From: an uncultured virus (IMG/VR IMGVR_UViG_3300046839_000025)
Lineage: Duplodnaviria; Heunggongvirae; Uroviricota; Caudoviricetes
DNA length: 64,000 bases
Virus record (IMG/VR): IMGVR_UViG_3300046839_000025
Reading direction: 5' to 3' (one strand)
Below, piece after piece: positions 9,146 through 19,008 of this stretch. The notes under the pieces were generated by a model, which searched no databases, was not told where the DNA came from, and saw nothing but the letters and a program-made list of their open reading frames with translations. The stretch's first letter is position 1; each line of letters starts with the position of its first letter. The translations under genes and the position numbers were made by a program.

Positions 9146-9834
9146 GCGTTAACTTCCTCCTTTGCTTCTGGGGCATTTCTAAACGCGGAGTTTCCGGATA
9201 AATTCCGTAGAAGTATCTTCCTATCAAGTTTGTAATCCGGCCCGATAAATCCAAGACGCAGAAGGAAGCAGCGGAAGGCGTACTTTTCGTTGGTCACCTC
9301 AGAGGCTCTGCTGCTGACTCTAGACTGCTCCTTGCTGAGCTTGCAAAGTAGGGTAATGAAGTCGGTGTAGGCTTTGATTTCATCTGGCTCCGGCATTTTC
9401 TTAAACCATGGGAAGCTGACCCTGTCATCGTTTACGTCGATGCTAAGATCGTCAATTCCAAAGGACTTCTTGATGAGATTTCCTTTTGCTTTTAAAAAAT
9501 TGGAAAGGTTGGTGACGTTTACCTCATCAATTGGAATTTCAATGGTCAGGCCGGTGTCTTCTTCAGTGTTTTCCGTCTCATCTGGAGCATCAGGTTCATC
9601 CGCGCCGCTGTCATCTACCGGGGTGAAATCTACTTTCTCAAGTTCCTTTGCGATGTAGTTCAGCTTTTCTTCGTCCTCGCAAGTAACCCCGCCGTCTTTA
9701 TCGATGGTGACGTTTCCCACCTTGTATGCGCAGGTCGGCATGAACTGGTATTCCGAAGGCTCGCCTGTGATGCGGCAGATTTCTGTGACTAAATCTTTCC
9801 GTTCTTCTCCTGTTACCTTGTAGTTAAGTCTCAT
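9142..9834 (-). CDS. Conserved phage hypothetical ('virulence-related' family)
   Basis: NEKYAFRCFLLRLGFIG..YK..RKILLRNLSGNSAFR motif. Confidence 0.75.
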   Translation of the reverse strand: MRLNYKVTGEERKDLVTEICRITGEPSEYQFMPTCAYKVGNVTIDKDGGVTCEDEEKLNYIAKELEKVDFTPVDDSGADEPDAPDETENTEEDTGLTIEIPIDEVNVTNLSNFLKAKGNLIKKSFGIDDLSIDVNDDRVSFPWFKKMPEPDEIKAYTDFITLLCKLSKEQSRVSSRASEVTNEKYAFRCFLLRLGFIGPDYKLDRKILLRNLSGNSAFRNAPEAKEEVNA

Positions 9835-9868
9835 TTTCGTACCTCCTTGGTTTTGTTTCTTTTGGCAG

Positions 9869-9903
9869 GTACATACATCACTCTAAAGCGGTGAAATAGC
9901 AAG
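9869..9903 (-). promoter_or_regulatory. Repeated cassette promoter motif, copy 3
   Basis: gtacatacatcactctaaagcggtgaaatagcaag. Confidence 0.65.
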
Positions 9904-9939
9904 TGTTTTCAAGGAAAAGAAAGAGAAATCAGATGCTCT

Positions 9940-10551
9940 TCATCGGTTTCCTCTTTGCATAAAAAATAAGCGGTATGTTTCTGTATCCACATACCACCCA
10001 TAGCGATCAATATACCTCTGACACCTATTGAAGACATCTGTCTGAAAGTCATGACTCAGTTCCCGGATTCCCGGCCCGGTGTTTTCTCTTCGATATTCTC
10101 CGAAGAATATTCTTGAAGCAAAATTATAAACAGAAGCAGCCACTTTCTCATCAGTATATTTACCCAGCTCCACACGCCGCCCATTGTAGCGGATTCTTGC
10201 TGTCCATTTATTATTGCCAGTACGCATAAAAACACCCTTGTAGCTGCTTGTACAAGGGATATTTGTCTTTCTCTTATTAAACGCATTCTGCTGTGTGGAC
10301 GCATATCTGAGATTCTTTTTCCTGTTGTCCAGACCGTTGCCGTTAATGTGGTCTATGACTGATCCATCAGGTGCGTGCATAACTTCACGATGCATCTGAA
10401 CCGTTCTTGGTTCTCCTCTTCTTTTGCTTCCTTTTCGTACGGCATAACCCACTCCTTCTGGATTGAATGCCCATTTTCGCCGAGTCAGACGTTCATAATC
10501 TTCATCATCGACAATGGCCTCTGCGCCTCGGGTAAGTTGGATTCTCTTCAT
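9940..10551 (-). CDS. HNH-AP2 endonuclease (free-standing homing type)
   Basis: MHREVM..IDHINGNGLDNRKKNLR..QQN HNH core; SSYKGV..KWTARI..LGKY AP2 domain. Confidence 0.9.
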   Translation of the reverse strand: MKRIQLTRGAEAIVDDEDYERLTRRKWAFNPEGVGYAVRKGSKRRGEPRTVQMHREVMHAPDGSVIDHINGNGLDNRKKNLRYASTQQNAFNKRKTNIPCTSSYKGVFMRTGNNKWTARIRYNGRRVELGKYTDEKVAASVYNFASRIFFGEYRRENTGPGIRELSHDFQTDVFNRCQRYIDRYGWYVDTETYRLFFMQRGNR

Positions 10552-11825
10552 CTGTCACCTTCCTTTGGCATCTCCGCCAGCGCTTCGTCCAGGGTCAGTT
10601 TCTTGCCGTCCCGGATCAGATAAATGTCAGAAGCATCTTGACCTGCGTCTTCCATGAACTTCTTGTAGCGCATCACCTCGACATCGATGAACTTCGGCTC
10701 GATCTCTATCCCATAGGCGATCCGGCCCAGTTCCTCACAAGCTACGATCGTCGTGCCGGATCCCATAAAAGCATCCAGGACGAGGCTGTTCGTCATCGTG
10801 CACTGGGAGATCAGATAGGCGATGAGCGGCACTGGTTTCGCGTCCGGATGGTTATAGCCTTCTTTCTTGCTGCTCTTGATTCGGGGAAATTCAAATACCG
10901 TGACCTGTTTTTGGTCTCCGTACCAGATATGCTTGCCCTTTTTCTTCCATCCCCAGATGATCGGCTCGTGGATGTATTTCCAGTCCGTCCTGGTGAGAAC
11001 AAGCCGGTCCTTTTTCCAGACCAGACCGGCGCCTACCTTAAAGCCTGCATCTTCAAAGGCATCATGGAATATACGTGCTTTGGATGTCGCATAGAACTCA
11101 TAGATCGAAGCATCGTCCGCCATGCTATCCCGCATGCAGGTAAAGGCCTTCATCAGGAACTCATAAGCATCCTTGTCATTCAGATCGTCATTAGTGACTT
11201 TGCCGGATGCGCTTTCCAGATTCACAAAATATGGAGCATCGGTACATACCAGATTCACCTTTTTGCCTTCAAGAAGAGATGTGTATGTATCAATCTTTGT
11301 GGAATCTCCGCAGATGACTCTGTGTTTTCCTAGATACCAGATGTCACCTGGCTTAGAAAAGCACGGTTTCTCGAGCTCTGCCTCTACATCGAAATCATCG
11401 TCTACTGCTTCTGTATCCACATCCATGAGCTTCGCGAGGTCCTTTTCGTCAAAACCAAGAAGGGAAAGGTCGAAGGCGTTTTCCTGAAGATCAGACAGCT
11501 CAACGGATAATAAATCTTCATCCCAGCCAGCGTTGAGGGACAGCTGGTTGTCCGCGATAATATATGCACGCTTTTGGGCGTCGGTCAGATATTCTTCCTT
11601 TACGCAAGGAACTTTCTTCAGCCCTAATTTCTGCGCAGCATAAAACCTTCCGTGCCCGCAAAGGATGGTGTTATCTTTTGAGATTACAATAGGGGACAGG
11701 AAGCCGAATTCTTTAATCGATGCAGCAATCTGTGCAATCTGTTTGTCAGAATGGGTTCTCGCATTTCTGGCGTAGGGGATCAGCTTATCGGTGTCTTCGA
11801 GATAGTACTGTGTTGTTTTCTCCAT
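10548..11825 (-). CDS. ParB-N / DNA amino-methyltransferase fusion
   Basis: LIPYARNARTH, GHGR ParB domain; TDAPY, HPDAKP, LDAFMGSGTT. Confidence 0.9.
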   Translation of the reverse strand: MEKTTQYYLEDTDKLIPYARNARTHSDKQIAQIAASIKEFGFLSPIVISKDNTILCGHGRFYAAQKLGLKKVPCVKEEYLTDAQKRAYIIADNQLSLNAGWDEDLLSVELSDLQENAFDLSLLGFDEKDLAKLMDVDTEAVDDDFDVEAELEKPCFSKPGDIWYLGKHRVICGDSTKIDTYTSLLEGKKVNLVCTDAPYFVNLESASGKVTNDDLNDKDAYEFLMKAFTCMRDSMADDASIYEFYATSKARIFHDAFEDAGFKVGAGLVWKKDRLVLTRTDWKYIHEPIIWGWKKKGKHIWYGDQKQVTVFEFPRIKSSKKEGYNHPDAKPVPLIAYLISQCTMTNSLVLDAFMGSGTTIVACEELGRIAYGIEIEPKFIDVEVMRYKKFMEDAGQDASDIYLIRDGKKLTLDEALAEMPKEGDR

Positions 11826-12379
11826 TACTTACCTCCGCGTCTTGCTCTAAGCAGCCGCTCCATCACGTCATCCTGAGGATTCGATCCATTGAATTCGGTC
11901 GAGCAGTTTTCTTTTACGATCTGAAAGATTTCATTCCAGAGCCTGTTGGCCTGATTCATGTAGTTAATCCCGATGTTGATGAAAGGTGATGGAATTGGCT
12001 TTCCCGTAGTCGGATGCTTGCTCAGATATCCAAGTTTTGAGGTGATCTTCTCACAGGCGATCCATCTGGCGGAGGCCATGGAGTATCGCTCAAGAAGCGC
12101 CGGAGACACCGCGCGGGCGACACCCAGGCCATCGAGCCAATCCCAGGTCTCTTTGTAGATCTCAGCAGCGGCAAACTCAGAGCCATCATGCTGAATATCC
12201 GAAAGAAATTCATGAGGCTTCGGCATTTCCGCGCCTTCAAGGTCCGGAATGTCCAGTACCTCAAGTGGCCTTCCTCCGGGATTTCCATTTTGGTATTTCT
12301 CCAGCGCAGCTTTTTTCTTTCGTCCGGCGCCGGGGCGTCTGCCTCCGCGACCGCCGGTATTATTCGATTTTGTAGGCAT
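11825..12379 (-). CDS. terS: Terminase small subunit (P27 family)
   Basis: GGRRPGAGRKKK, KHPTTGKPIPSPF, DDVMERLL. Confidence 0.85.
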   Translation of the reverse strand: MPTKSNNTGGRGGRRPGAGRKKKAALEKYQNGNPGGRPLEVLDIPDLEGAEMPKPHEFLSDIQHDGSEFAAAEIYKETWDWLDGLGVARAVSPALLERYSMASARWIACEKITSKLGYLSKHPTTGKPIPSPFINIGINYMNQANRLWNEIFQIVKENCSTEFNGSNPQDDVMERLLRARRGGK

Positions 12380-12419
12380 AATGTAGCTGCCTCCTTTTTC
12401 AATATTTTGATATTCCTAA

Positions 12420-12520
12420 CAGTCTGCTGGGTTATTACCCTTAAGAAAACGCATGTTCTGCGCAGGTGAGGGGGCGCCGGTCTCCAGAGAGGCTCGCCGT
12501 AGAGATCTTTCCTCCCCCTG
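12420..12520. other. Putative cos/packaging region
   Basis: GC-rich non-coding gap between HNH and terS, where HK97-like phages usually carry cos; inferred from position only. Confidence 0.35.
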
Positions 12521-12522
12521 GG

Positions 12523-12870
12523 TCAGCGACTTCCTTTCCGTTTATGCATTTTCTCGTGGCAGGAGTGGCAGAGGCTCATCAGGTTATTTTCCTCGCTGCT
12601 CCCGCCCTCGGACAGCGGCACGATGTGATGCACCTCCTGCGCCTTCACGTACCTTCCTTCAAGAAGGCAGCGCTCGCAGAGTGGGTGCTTATGGATGTAG
12701 CGGTCCCGGATTCTCTTCCAGGGCCTGCCGTACCTCTTCCCGGTGGAGTAGCCGCGGGTGAACGTGTCGTAATGACGCTGCATCATCTTTTCATGCTCCT
12801 CGCAGTAGGTGCGTTCGGTCAGGCGAGGGCATCCTGGGTAGCGGCAGGGCCGCTTGGGTTTTCGTGGCAT
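12523..12870 (-). CDS. Packaging-associated HNH endonuclease
   Basis: CRYPGC, HPLCERC, EVHHIVPLSEGG..NLMSLCHSCH. Confidence 0.9.
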   Translation of the reverse strand: MPRKPKRPCRYPGCPRLTERTYCEEHEKMMQRHYDTFTRGYSTGKRYGRPWKRIRDRYIHKHPLCERCLLEGRYVKAQEVHHIVPLSEGGSSEENNLMSLCHSCHEKMHKRKGSR

Positions 12871-13004
12871 GGCTTCTCCTTTCGGGCAAAAGAAAACCTC
12901 GCAAGGGGATTTCCTTACGAGGCTGCTTTATCCTAACTTTCTACACTATCATTTTACTATTTCTTGAGGTGCACTCAAGTGAAGTGAACTGCACATGACT
13001 GCAC

Positions 13005-13436
13005 TTAACTGCACTCTTCGTTGATGACCCGGTCCAGCTCTTCAAGAGCGTAGCCGTGAAGGGAGTAAACCCAGCGGAGGGAATAGAACATGTTTAAAGA
13101 GATCTCTTCCCAGGACTCGTTCTTAAAGTAACGGGAGATTAAAACCGTCTGGTAGTCTGGTTCCTTGATCCTTCCAATGTAGTCCAGAGCCTCGGTCTTC
13201 CTTTCCGTCAGTTCATCCTCATCGCTTTTAATTTCTTCTTCTAAGCTCAGCATCTTCACGATGGTTTCTTCCAGGCGGGAAGAATCATGGTTTGAGGCCG
13301 TTGGCAGGTCAGAGAAAGCAGGGGAGCTGACGGAGCGGGCCAGGTCCTGCATGATCGTTAATCGCTCCTTCTTTGCCTTGATCCTGGCTTCCTCTCGGGA
13401 CAGTCCCCTTAGATATTCTTTTGCATTCATAAGCAT
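13005..13436 (-). CDS. RinA/ArpU-like late transcriptional activator (DUF1492-like)
   Basis: AKEYL N-terminus; RY...SWEEIS...YSLRWVYSLHG HTH; upstream of the packaging genes. Confidence 0.8.
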   Translation of the reverse strand: MLMNAKEYLRGLSREEARIKAKKERLTIMQDLARSVSSPAFSDLPTASNHDSSRLEETIVKMLSLEEEIKSDEDELTERKTEALDYIGRIKEPDYQTVLISRYFKNESWEEISLNMFYSLRWVYSLHGYALEELDRVINEECS

Positions 13437-13642
13437 TCCTCCCTCAGCTTTTCAATTAAGTACTCCCCGTCGACTTTAGTGAGCGACTTAAACCAGGAAG
13501 AACGGAAGAAGCGTTCGTCTTCCTTGACCTTACCTTTGTTGATGTTGCTTGGACTATTCTTCATGCGCCTTAAATCCTGCCGGTAGTCTTTGACTGCCTG
13601 AAGGACGATTGCGTCTGCTAATTTCTGATATGGATCCATCAT
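13427..13642 (-). CDS. Small conserved phage protein
   Basis: PYQKLADAIVLQAVKDYR...ERFFRSSWF. Confidence 0.8.
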   Translation of the reverse strand: MMDPYQKLADAIVLQAVKDYRQDLRRMKNSPSNINKGKVKEDERFFRSSWFKSLTKVDGEYLIEKLREECL

Positions 13643-14988
13643 TTCACCTCCAGCTGCGCTTTCACCGCATCAATTAAGGCGGCCTGCGTCTTGTCTTTCC
13701 GTTTGAGAGACTCCATCACGTTTTCATCGATGGTGCCTCGCGTGATGATGTGGTGGATGACCACCGTATCTTTCTGGCCCTGCCGCCAGAGCCTGGCGTT
13801 GGTCTGCTGGTAAAGCTCTAAAGACCAGGTTAAGCCAAACCAGATCAGGGTCGATCCTCCTGCCTGAAGGTTCAGGCCGTGTCCTGCAGAAGCAGGGTGG
13901 AGGACAGCAAGAGAAATCTTGCCTTCATTCCAGTCGCGGATGTCTTCACTTGTCTTGATCTCACGAACAGGAAAACGTTTCCGGATCCTCTCTAAATCAT
14001 GCTTAAACCAGTAAGCAATTAATACAGGCTTTCCGTTTGCGCTTTCAATCAGGTCCTCTAAAGCGTCGAGCTTCCGATCGTGGATCCGAACCGCTTTTCC
14101 ATCGTCACTATAGACGGCCCCGTTTGCCATCTGAAGAAGTTTATTTGATAGGGATGCTGCGTTGACCGCATCGATTTCCTTATCCTTTAAGTTCACCACC
14201 ATGTCCCTTTTCAAGTCGTCGTATAGCTTTTGCTCTTTTTCGTTTAAAGACACCTTGACTTTATTCATGAAGAGATCCGGCATCTTGAGATAATCACAAG
14301 CTTTCATGGAGATCGTGATGTCCGAAAGCTTTTTATAGATCGCATCTTCCGCGCCAGGAAGCGGCTTGTAGGAAAAGACAACTTGCGCGTTTCTTTTGTC
14401 TGGAAGAAAGTAGTTCCTCCGGTACTGGCCGATGTAACGCCCAAGCCTTTCTCCCATGTCAAGCAGCCTGAACTCTGCGAAAAGGTCCATCAGGCCGTTA
14501 CTTGATGGCGTTCCGGTTAAGCCCACGATCCGTTTTACCTTTGGCCTCACCTTTAGAAGGCTCTTAAAGCGCTTGGACTGGTGGGATTTAAAGGAGGACA
14601 GCTCATCAAGCACAAGCATGTCGTAGTCAAAGGGAAGGCCGGACTTTTCCACGAGCCAGCTGACATTTTCCCGGTTGATGATGTAAAGGTCAGCTTTACT
14701 TTTCAGGGCTTTCTTCCGCTCGCTTTCCGGGCCAGTCGCTACGGAGTAGGTCAGGCCTTTCAGATGGTCCCACTTTTTGATTTCTTCCGGCCAGCTGCTG
14801 GTGCAGACGCGAAGAGGAGCAATGATTAAAGGCTTCCTTACTTCAAAGCGGTCAAACATCAGCTCCTGAATCGCGGTCAGTGTGATCACGGTCTTTCCAA
14901 GTCCGCAGCTAAGAAGGATCGCGGACACTGGATGATCGATGATGAACTTTGTGGAGTAGGCCTGGTATTTATGAGGATTGTATTTCAT
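13639..14988 (-). CDS. SNF2-family helicase
   Basis: CGLGKT, LDELSSFK, LTGTP, AGHGLNLQ, QTNARLWRQGQ. Confidence 0.93.
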   Translation of the reverse strand: MKYNPHKYQAYSTKFIIDHPVSAILLSCGLGKTVITLTAIQELMFDRFEVRKPLIIAPLRVCTSSWPEEIKKWDHLKGLTYSVATGPESERKKALKSKADLYIINRENVSWLVEKSGLPFDYDMLVLDELSSFKSHQSKRFKSLLKVRPKVKRIVGLTGTPSSNGLMDLFAEFRLLDMGERLGRYIGQYRRNYFLPDKRNAQVVFSYKPLPGAEDAIYKKLSDITISMKACDYLKMPDLFMNKVKVSLNEKEQKLYDDLKRDMVVNLKDKEIDAVNAASLSNKLLQMANGAVYSDDGKAVRIHDRKLDALEDLIESANGKPVLIAYWFKHDLERIRKRFPVREIKTSEDIRDWNEGKISLAVLHPASAGHGLNLQAGGSTLIWFGLTWSLELYQQTNARLWRQGQKDTVVIHHIITRGTIDENVMESLKRKDKTQAALIDAVKAQLEVK

Positions 14989-15250
14989 CTAAAATTCCTC
15001 CAATCTGTTCTGGCTGATCGATTAAGTAAACAGAAAAGCCAAGATCTTCAAGCTGGCGTTTTCTTTTTAGCTGAAGAGGCCGCATCTTCTTCCCGGGTGC
15101 TTTCAGCTCGACAAAGGCTATATTGCCTTCCGGCAGTAAAACGATCCGGTCTGGTACTCCGCTTAGGCCGGGAGAGATAAATTTCAGTGCTAGGCCTCCC
15201 ATGCCTTTAACTTCCCGTCGCAGTTTCTCTTCGATTTCTTTTTCTTTCAT
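14969..15250 (-). CDS. VRR-NUC nuclease
   Basis: MKEKEIE, GVPDRIV, FVELKAPG. Confidence 0.9.
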   Translation of the reverse strand: MKEKEIEEKLRREVKGMGGLALKFISPGLSGVPDRIVLLPEGNIAFVELKAPGKKMRPLQLKRKRQLEDLGFSVYLIDQPEQIGGILDEIQSS

Positions 15251-16030
15251 ATCGTCCTTTCCGCGTTCCAGTGATCCACTGATCCACTGATCCACGTTTT
15301 TCTCTATATATCGTATATATGTATATATATTCTATATACTCTATATTTATATATATTATTTTTAATAGAATATAGTGGAACAGTGGAACAGGATGTGCTG
15401 AAACACTTGTAATTACAAACTTCTGGCATGATCCAGTTTTGTTGTTCCGGTCTGGATCAGACTGGAATGGAACACGATCCAGTAATCCAGACCGGATTGC
15501 TTTTCACCCGATTAGAATTTATGGCTGGATGCGTTCAGATGGAAGGTAAACCCACTGCGAACCATAGAGTGGAAGGCGGATTTTCTTTTCATAAACGATC
15601 CACTTAGGCTAGGAGAGATAAACTTCAGCGCTAAGCCTCCCATGGTTTTTGTCTTCTTGCGAAGCCTCGCTTCGATTTCTTTTTCTTTCATATCGTCCTT
15701 TCTCTGTTCCAGTGTTCCACTAAATCCCCATTAATTTAGAAAAGGGTATATATGGTTATATATGTGTCCTATATGACCTATTTCTATGTTTTTTATTTTT
15801 AATAGAATATAGTGGAACAGTGGATCAGTAAGCGCTGAAACACTTGTAATTACTAACATCTAGCATGATCCAGTTTTGCTGTTCCGGTCTGGATCAGACT
15901 GGAATGGAACACGATTCAGTGATCCAGACCGGATTGTTTTTCGGCCGACTGGAACTTATGGACGAAGGCGTTCAGGTGGTATGTAAACCCACTGAGAGCC
16001 ATAGAGTGGAATGCGGATTTTCTTTTCGAA
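15161..16030. repeat. Diverged ~440 bp tandem duplication (VRR-NUC 5' end + origin-like block + VapE 3' end)
   Basis: 15161-15600 aligns by eye with 15602-16030, e.g. ttttaatagaatatagtggaacagtgga and gttccggtctggatcagactggaatggaacacgat in both. Confidence 0.85.
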
Positions 16031-18313
16031 CCGATGCCAGCCGAGCTTCACCAGGATGGCCCGAATTTTTGCTCCTTCCGCGATGGTAAGGTCGGCCCGG
16101 TTCTTTCCAAAACACTCGCACCAAATCTCCATGTTGGAGACGCTGGTGCGCTCAATCGTCCCGGTGCGAAGATCTGCTCCAAACTCGCTTTCACCATTTA
16201 GGAAGTTCCTCCGCTCATACAGGGTCATGCGGTCCCATTCGGAAGGGAGCTTGGTCTGAAGGTAGGAGACTACAATGCCTTCCCGCTCATCCGACTCCAT
16301 GGCTTTAAGCTGCTCTGTCTTCGCAACATCCTGAAGCTCTGGCTCAAGGTAGAGCTTTTCACCAGCTTTAGCATACTCTAAGGCCTCTGCCCAGATCTGC
16401 TTGATGTCTTCCTCCGTAAGGCCCCAAGGGTGCCTGGCTAAACTTCCTGGTGTCTTGACTGGCCAGAACCTTCTGTTTCCTGTGGTGTCCCGAAGATACC
16501 CAGTCTCTGCGTTGGTGGTGCCAAAGAACACGCACTGGCGTGGGTGAGGCGTTGTGCGGCGCCCGAAAGACGCCCGGTAAATGTCGTTCTGGCGGGATAA
16601 AAAGGAACGGAGCGTTTCCACTTCTGCTTTTCTTAAACCTGCCAGCTCTCCAATCTCTAAGATCCAGTAACCCTGGAGCTTTTCTGCTGCGGTCTTATCT
16701 CTCGTATCACTGAGGTTAAGAGAGTCCGAGAACCATTCACCGGCGAGCTTAGCGATCAGGGTTGACTTTCCAATTCCCTGAGGGCCGTTAAGGACCAGCA
16801 TGGAGTCGAACTTACAGCCAGGATGCATAACCCGGCATACGGCAGCGCAGAGGGTCTTTCTGGTGACGGCCCGGACATAGGCATTGTCTTCTGCACCGAG
16901 GTAATCGATAAGAAGGGTGTCGACTCGCTTCACGCCATCCCATGCGGGAAGTGATGCAAGAAACTCGCGGATAGGGTGATAGGATCTGTCGTCCGCCACC
17001 CTTGCCAGAGCGATCTGGTAGAAGCGCTGTGAAAAGTTTCCATAGTGTTCATCCACGTAGCTTACAAGCTGGGCGTCGTCTGCATCTCTCCAGTACTTGG
17101 TCGGATGATTCCAGGGCACCTCTCCTTTTATTTCCAGACAGTCAAGCTGCTGGTTGTAGACAATGGCCTTAAGGTTCTCATCGTTCTGAAGAATCAGAGT
17201 CAGGTTACCAAGTTCGTTCTCAATATTTCCTCTCCTGTTTAAGGTGAGCTTTCCCATCCAGTCGTCTGAAGTGAATTCCTCCATGGCCTGCTCCCGGCGC
17301 TCTCCGGTGATCAGCTCCCTGACCTTTGCGTCACCACGGGCAAGATCAATCATTGCCTTGTAAGATGGAAGTTTTGTCACCGGAGTGTCATCTGAGCAAG
17401 TTTCATCAAGGTCTCTAAACTTATGGAGCCTGACTAAGTCAAAGGCATTAAGAAGCTTTCCGCATGCCGGGTCGGTGGCGTGGTGGGAGTAGGAGAACTT
17501 ATGTTCATAAATTACGACGCCAGCAGAAGACTCGCCTTTGATGTAGTCATAGCGGCCATCGATGACCGATGGCGCGTAGACATCAGGCAGAAAAGTTTCT
17601 ATCGCGTCTTCCACGTTGTAGGCCCGGCAGAAACAGCCAATCAAGCCGGGTTTCGTTAAAGGGTCTTCCGCTTTTCTTACTGCGGACCTTCTCACTTCCG
17701 ACTGCCGGGAAGACACCGGCCAGGTGGATTCATCCCGCCAGTTGTCGTACCTGGAGAGGTAATCGTCCGGATCAAGCAGTACGCCATCGTGCTCCTTATA
17801 GAAAAACATCCCATTTGAAGAGGTGGACGGCCAGTACATCAGCCGGTGCGCCTCATAGGTTGAGTCGTCGAACAGGTCGATTCCGATTTCTTTAGCTGCC
17901 ATACGTCCTACCGCCGGGTACTCAGTTTCCGATACCTCGCGGCTCAGCGGAATGATCATGCGAAGTCGCGGGTGCTCTGGGGTATGCTTATGCGTGGAGT
18001 AGGCGCAGAAAGCGTAGGGAAGATGCGATAAAACGCTTTCCCACACACCTGGCGTGCCAAAGTCCATGTCTAAGGCTAAGGCAGACCTACTGAGGACGTG
18101 TCCTTTCTTGCGCCGTCCAGCTTTCAGGTGGCCAAGAACATATCCTCCTTTGTCTTTAATTTCGGCCTGCTTTGCTTTTGGCATTTTCTTGTATTCTTCT
18201 ACCGTTTCTGTTGTTTTGATGGTCTGGCTGACCCTTTTCTTGAAGTCTTCCCAGCTGATCTCGCTGTTCTTCCAGTGAAGCTCTTTTCTGCTGTTTCCAA
18301 AAGAGATTTTCAT
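15956..18313 (-). CDS. VapE-family primase/helicase (virulence-associated E)
   Basis: N-terminal primase-like LDMD, YSTHKH, RLMYWPS; P-loop GPQGIGKST, GTTN, GNRRFWPV. Confidence 0.9.
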   Translation of the reverse strand: MKISFGNSRKELHWKNSEISWEDFKKRVSQTIKTTETVEEYKKMPKAKQAEIKDKGGYVLGHLKAGRRKKGHVLSRSALALDMDFGTPGVWESVLSHLPYAFCAYSTHKHTPEHPRLRMIIPLSREVSETEYPAVGRMAAKEIGIDLFDDSTYEAHRLMYWPSTSSNGMFFYKEHDGVLLDPDDYLSRYDNWRDESTWPVSSRQSEVRRSAVRKAEDPLTKPGLIGCFCRAYNVEDAIETFLPDVYAPSVIDGRYDYIKGESSAGVVIYEHKFSYSHHATDPACGKLLNAFDLVRLHKFRDLDETCSDDTPVTKLPSYKAMIDLARGDAKVRELITGERREQAMEEFTSDDWMGKLTLNRRGNIENELGNLTLILQNDENLKAIVYNQQLDCLEIKGEVPWNHPTKYWRDADDAQLVSYVDEHYGNFSQRFYQIALARVADDRSYHPIREFLASLPAWDGVKRVDTLLIDYLGAEDNAYVRAVTRKTLCAAVCRVMHPGCKFDSMLVLNGPQGIGKSTLIAKLAGEWFSDSLNLSDTRDKTAAEKLQGYWILEIGELAGLRKAEVETLRSFLSRQNDIYRASFGRRTTPHPRQCVFFGTTNAETGYLRDTTGNRRFWPVKTPGSLARHPWGLTEEDIKQIWAEALEYAKAGEKLYLEPELQDVAKTEQLKAMESDEREGIVVSYLQTKLPSEWDRMTLYERRNFLNGESEFGADLRTGTIERTSVSNMEIWCECFGKNRADLTIAEGAKIRAILVKLGWHRFEKKIRIPLYGSQWVYIPPERLRP

Positions 18314-18640
18314 ACTGCTGCCTCCTCAATCTGGTCCGTAAGAACCTTCGTGATAAATTTCAGGGCCTCTAAGATCGTGGATAGCTCAGAGTCTCCGCCA
18401 AGAATCAGTTCAAGCCCGCTATTTCCTTTAAAGTAGTTTCGAAGTGGGCGTACCGTGATGTCCGTTCCCGCCATGTCCTCGATTCGGATGTAGGTCCTGC
18501 TGCCATGGCCAGCTGTCCCCACCGCAGTAGCCGTTTGTCCCGGCTTCGACTGCGAGGATGTTCGCATCGAAAATCTCCCGTTTCCAGGTCTCTATTTCTT
18601 TTCCCTTGACCTGCCTTGTGTCTATTCTTGTTTCGTACAT
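18310..18640 (-). pseudogene. Conserved phage hypothetical split by one frameshift (~18510)
   Basis: EAGTNGYCGGDS continues as HGSRTYIRIED in another frame. Confidence 0.6.
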
Positions 18641-18963
18641 GTAAACGCCTCCGTCCTGCGAAATCTTCTGATTGGAATTTCCCTTTTTATGGCCTCTGTT
18701 GCTTCAAGAAGCATGCCGGATGTAACTTTGCTTCCAAAGATCCAAAGTTCATCACACTTTGCTAGAATTTCCTTATTCATCGAAAGAGCAAGGCTCCGCT
18801 CGTCCGGATCATCATCATCCATAAACTGAGGAAACAGCAGATGGGGAGCAAGGGGAATCCCGCCTAGTTTCAAAGCGAACCTGCAGTAAGACCTGGCGAG
18901 ATCTTGGTTTCTTTCCACATCGCCAGAGTAGGGGCTGCAGATAAAGATAAGTGGTCTTTCCAT
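18622..18963 (-). CDS. DUF4406-like / nucleoside deoxyribosyltransferase-fold protein
   Basis: IFICSPYSGDVERN, PLAPHLLFPQF, CDELWIFG..TSGM. Confidence 0.85.
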   Translation of the reverse strand: MERPLIFICSPYSGDVERNQDLARSYCRFALKLGGIPLAPHLLFPQFMDDDDPDERSLALSMNKEILAKCDELWIFGSKVTSGMLLEATEAIKREIPIRRFRRTEAFTCTKQE

Positions 18964-19008
18964 GACTTCACCTCCTGTAAAGTACTTGTGAGATAACTTC
19001 TACAGGTA

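Noticed and set aside
11225..11250. DAPY instead of DPPY as an inactive methylase
   Set aside because: The Asp and Tyr are retained and other motifs are intact; not enough to call inactivation
15260..15950. CRISPR array or microsatellite
   Set aside because: Repeats are 6-7 bp, irregular and in both orientations, with no repeat-spacer periodicity and no cas operon
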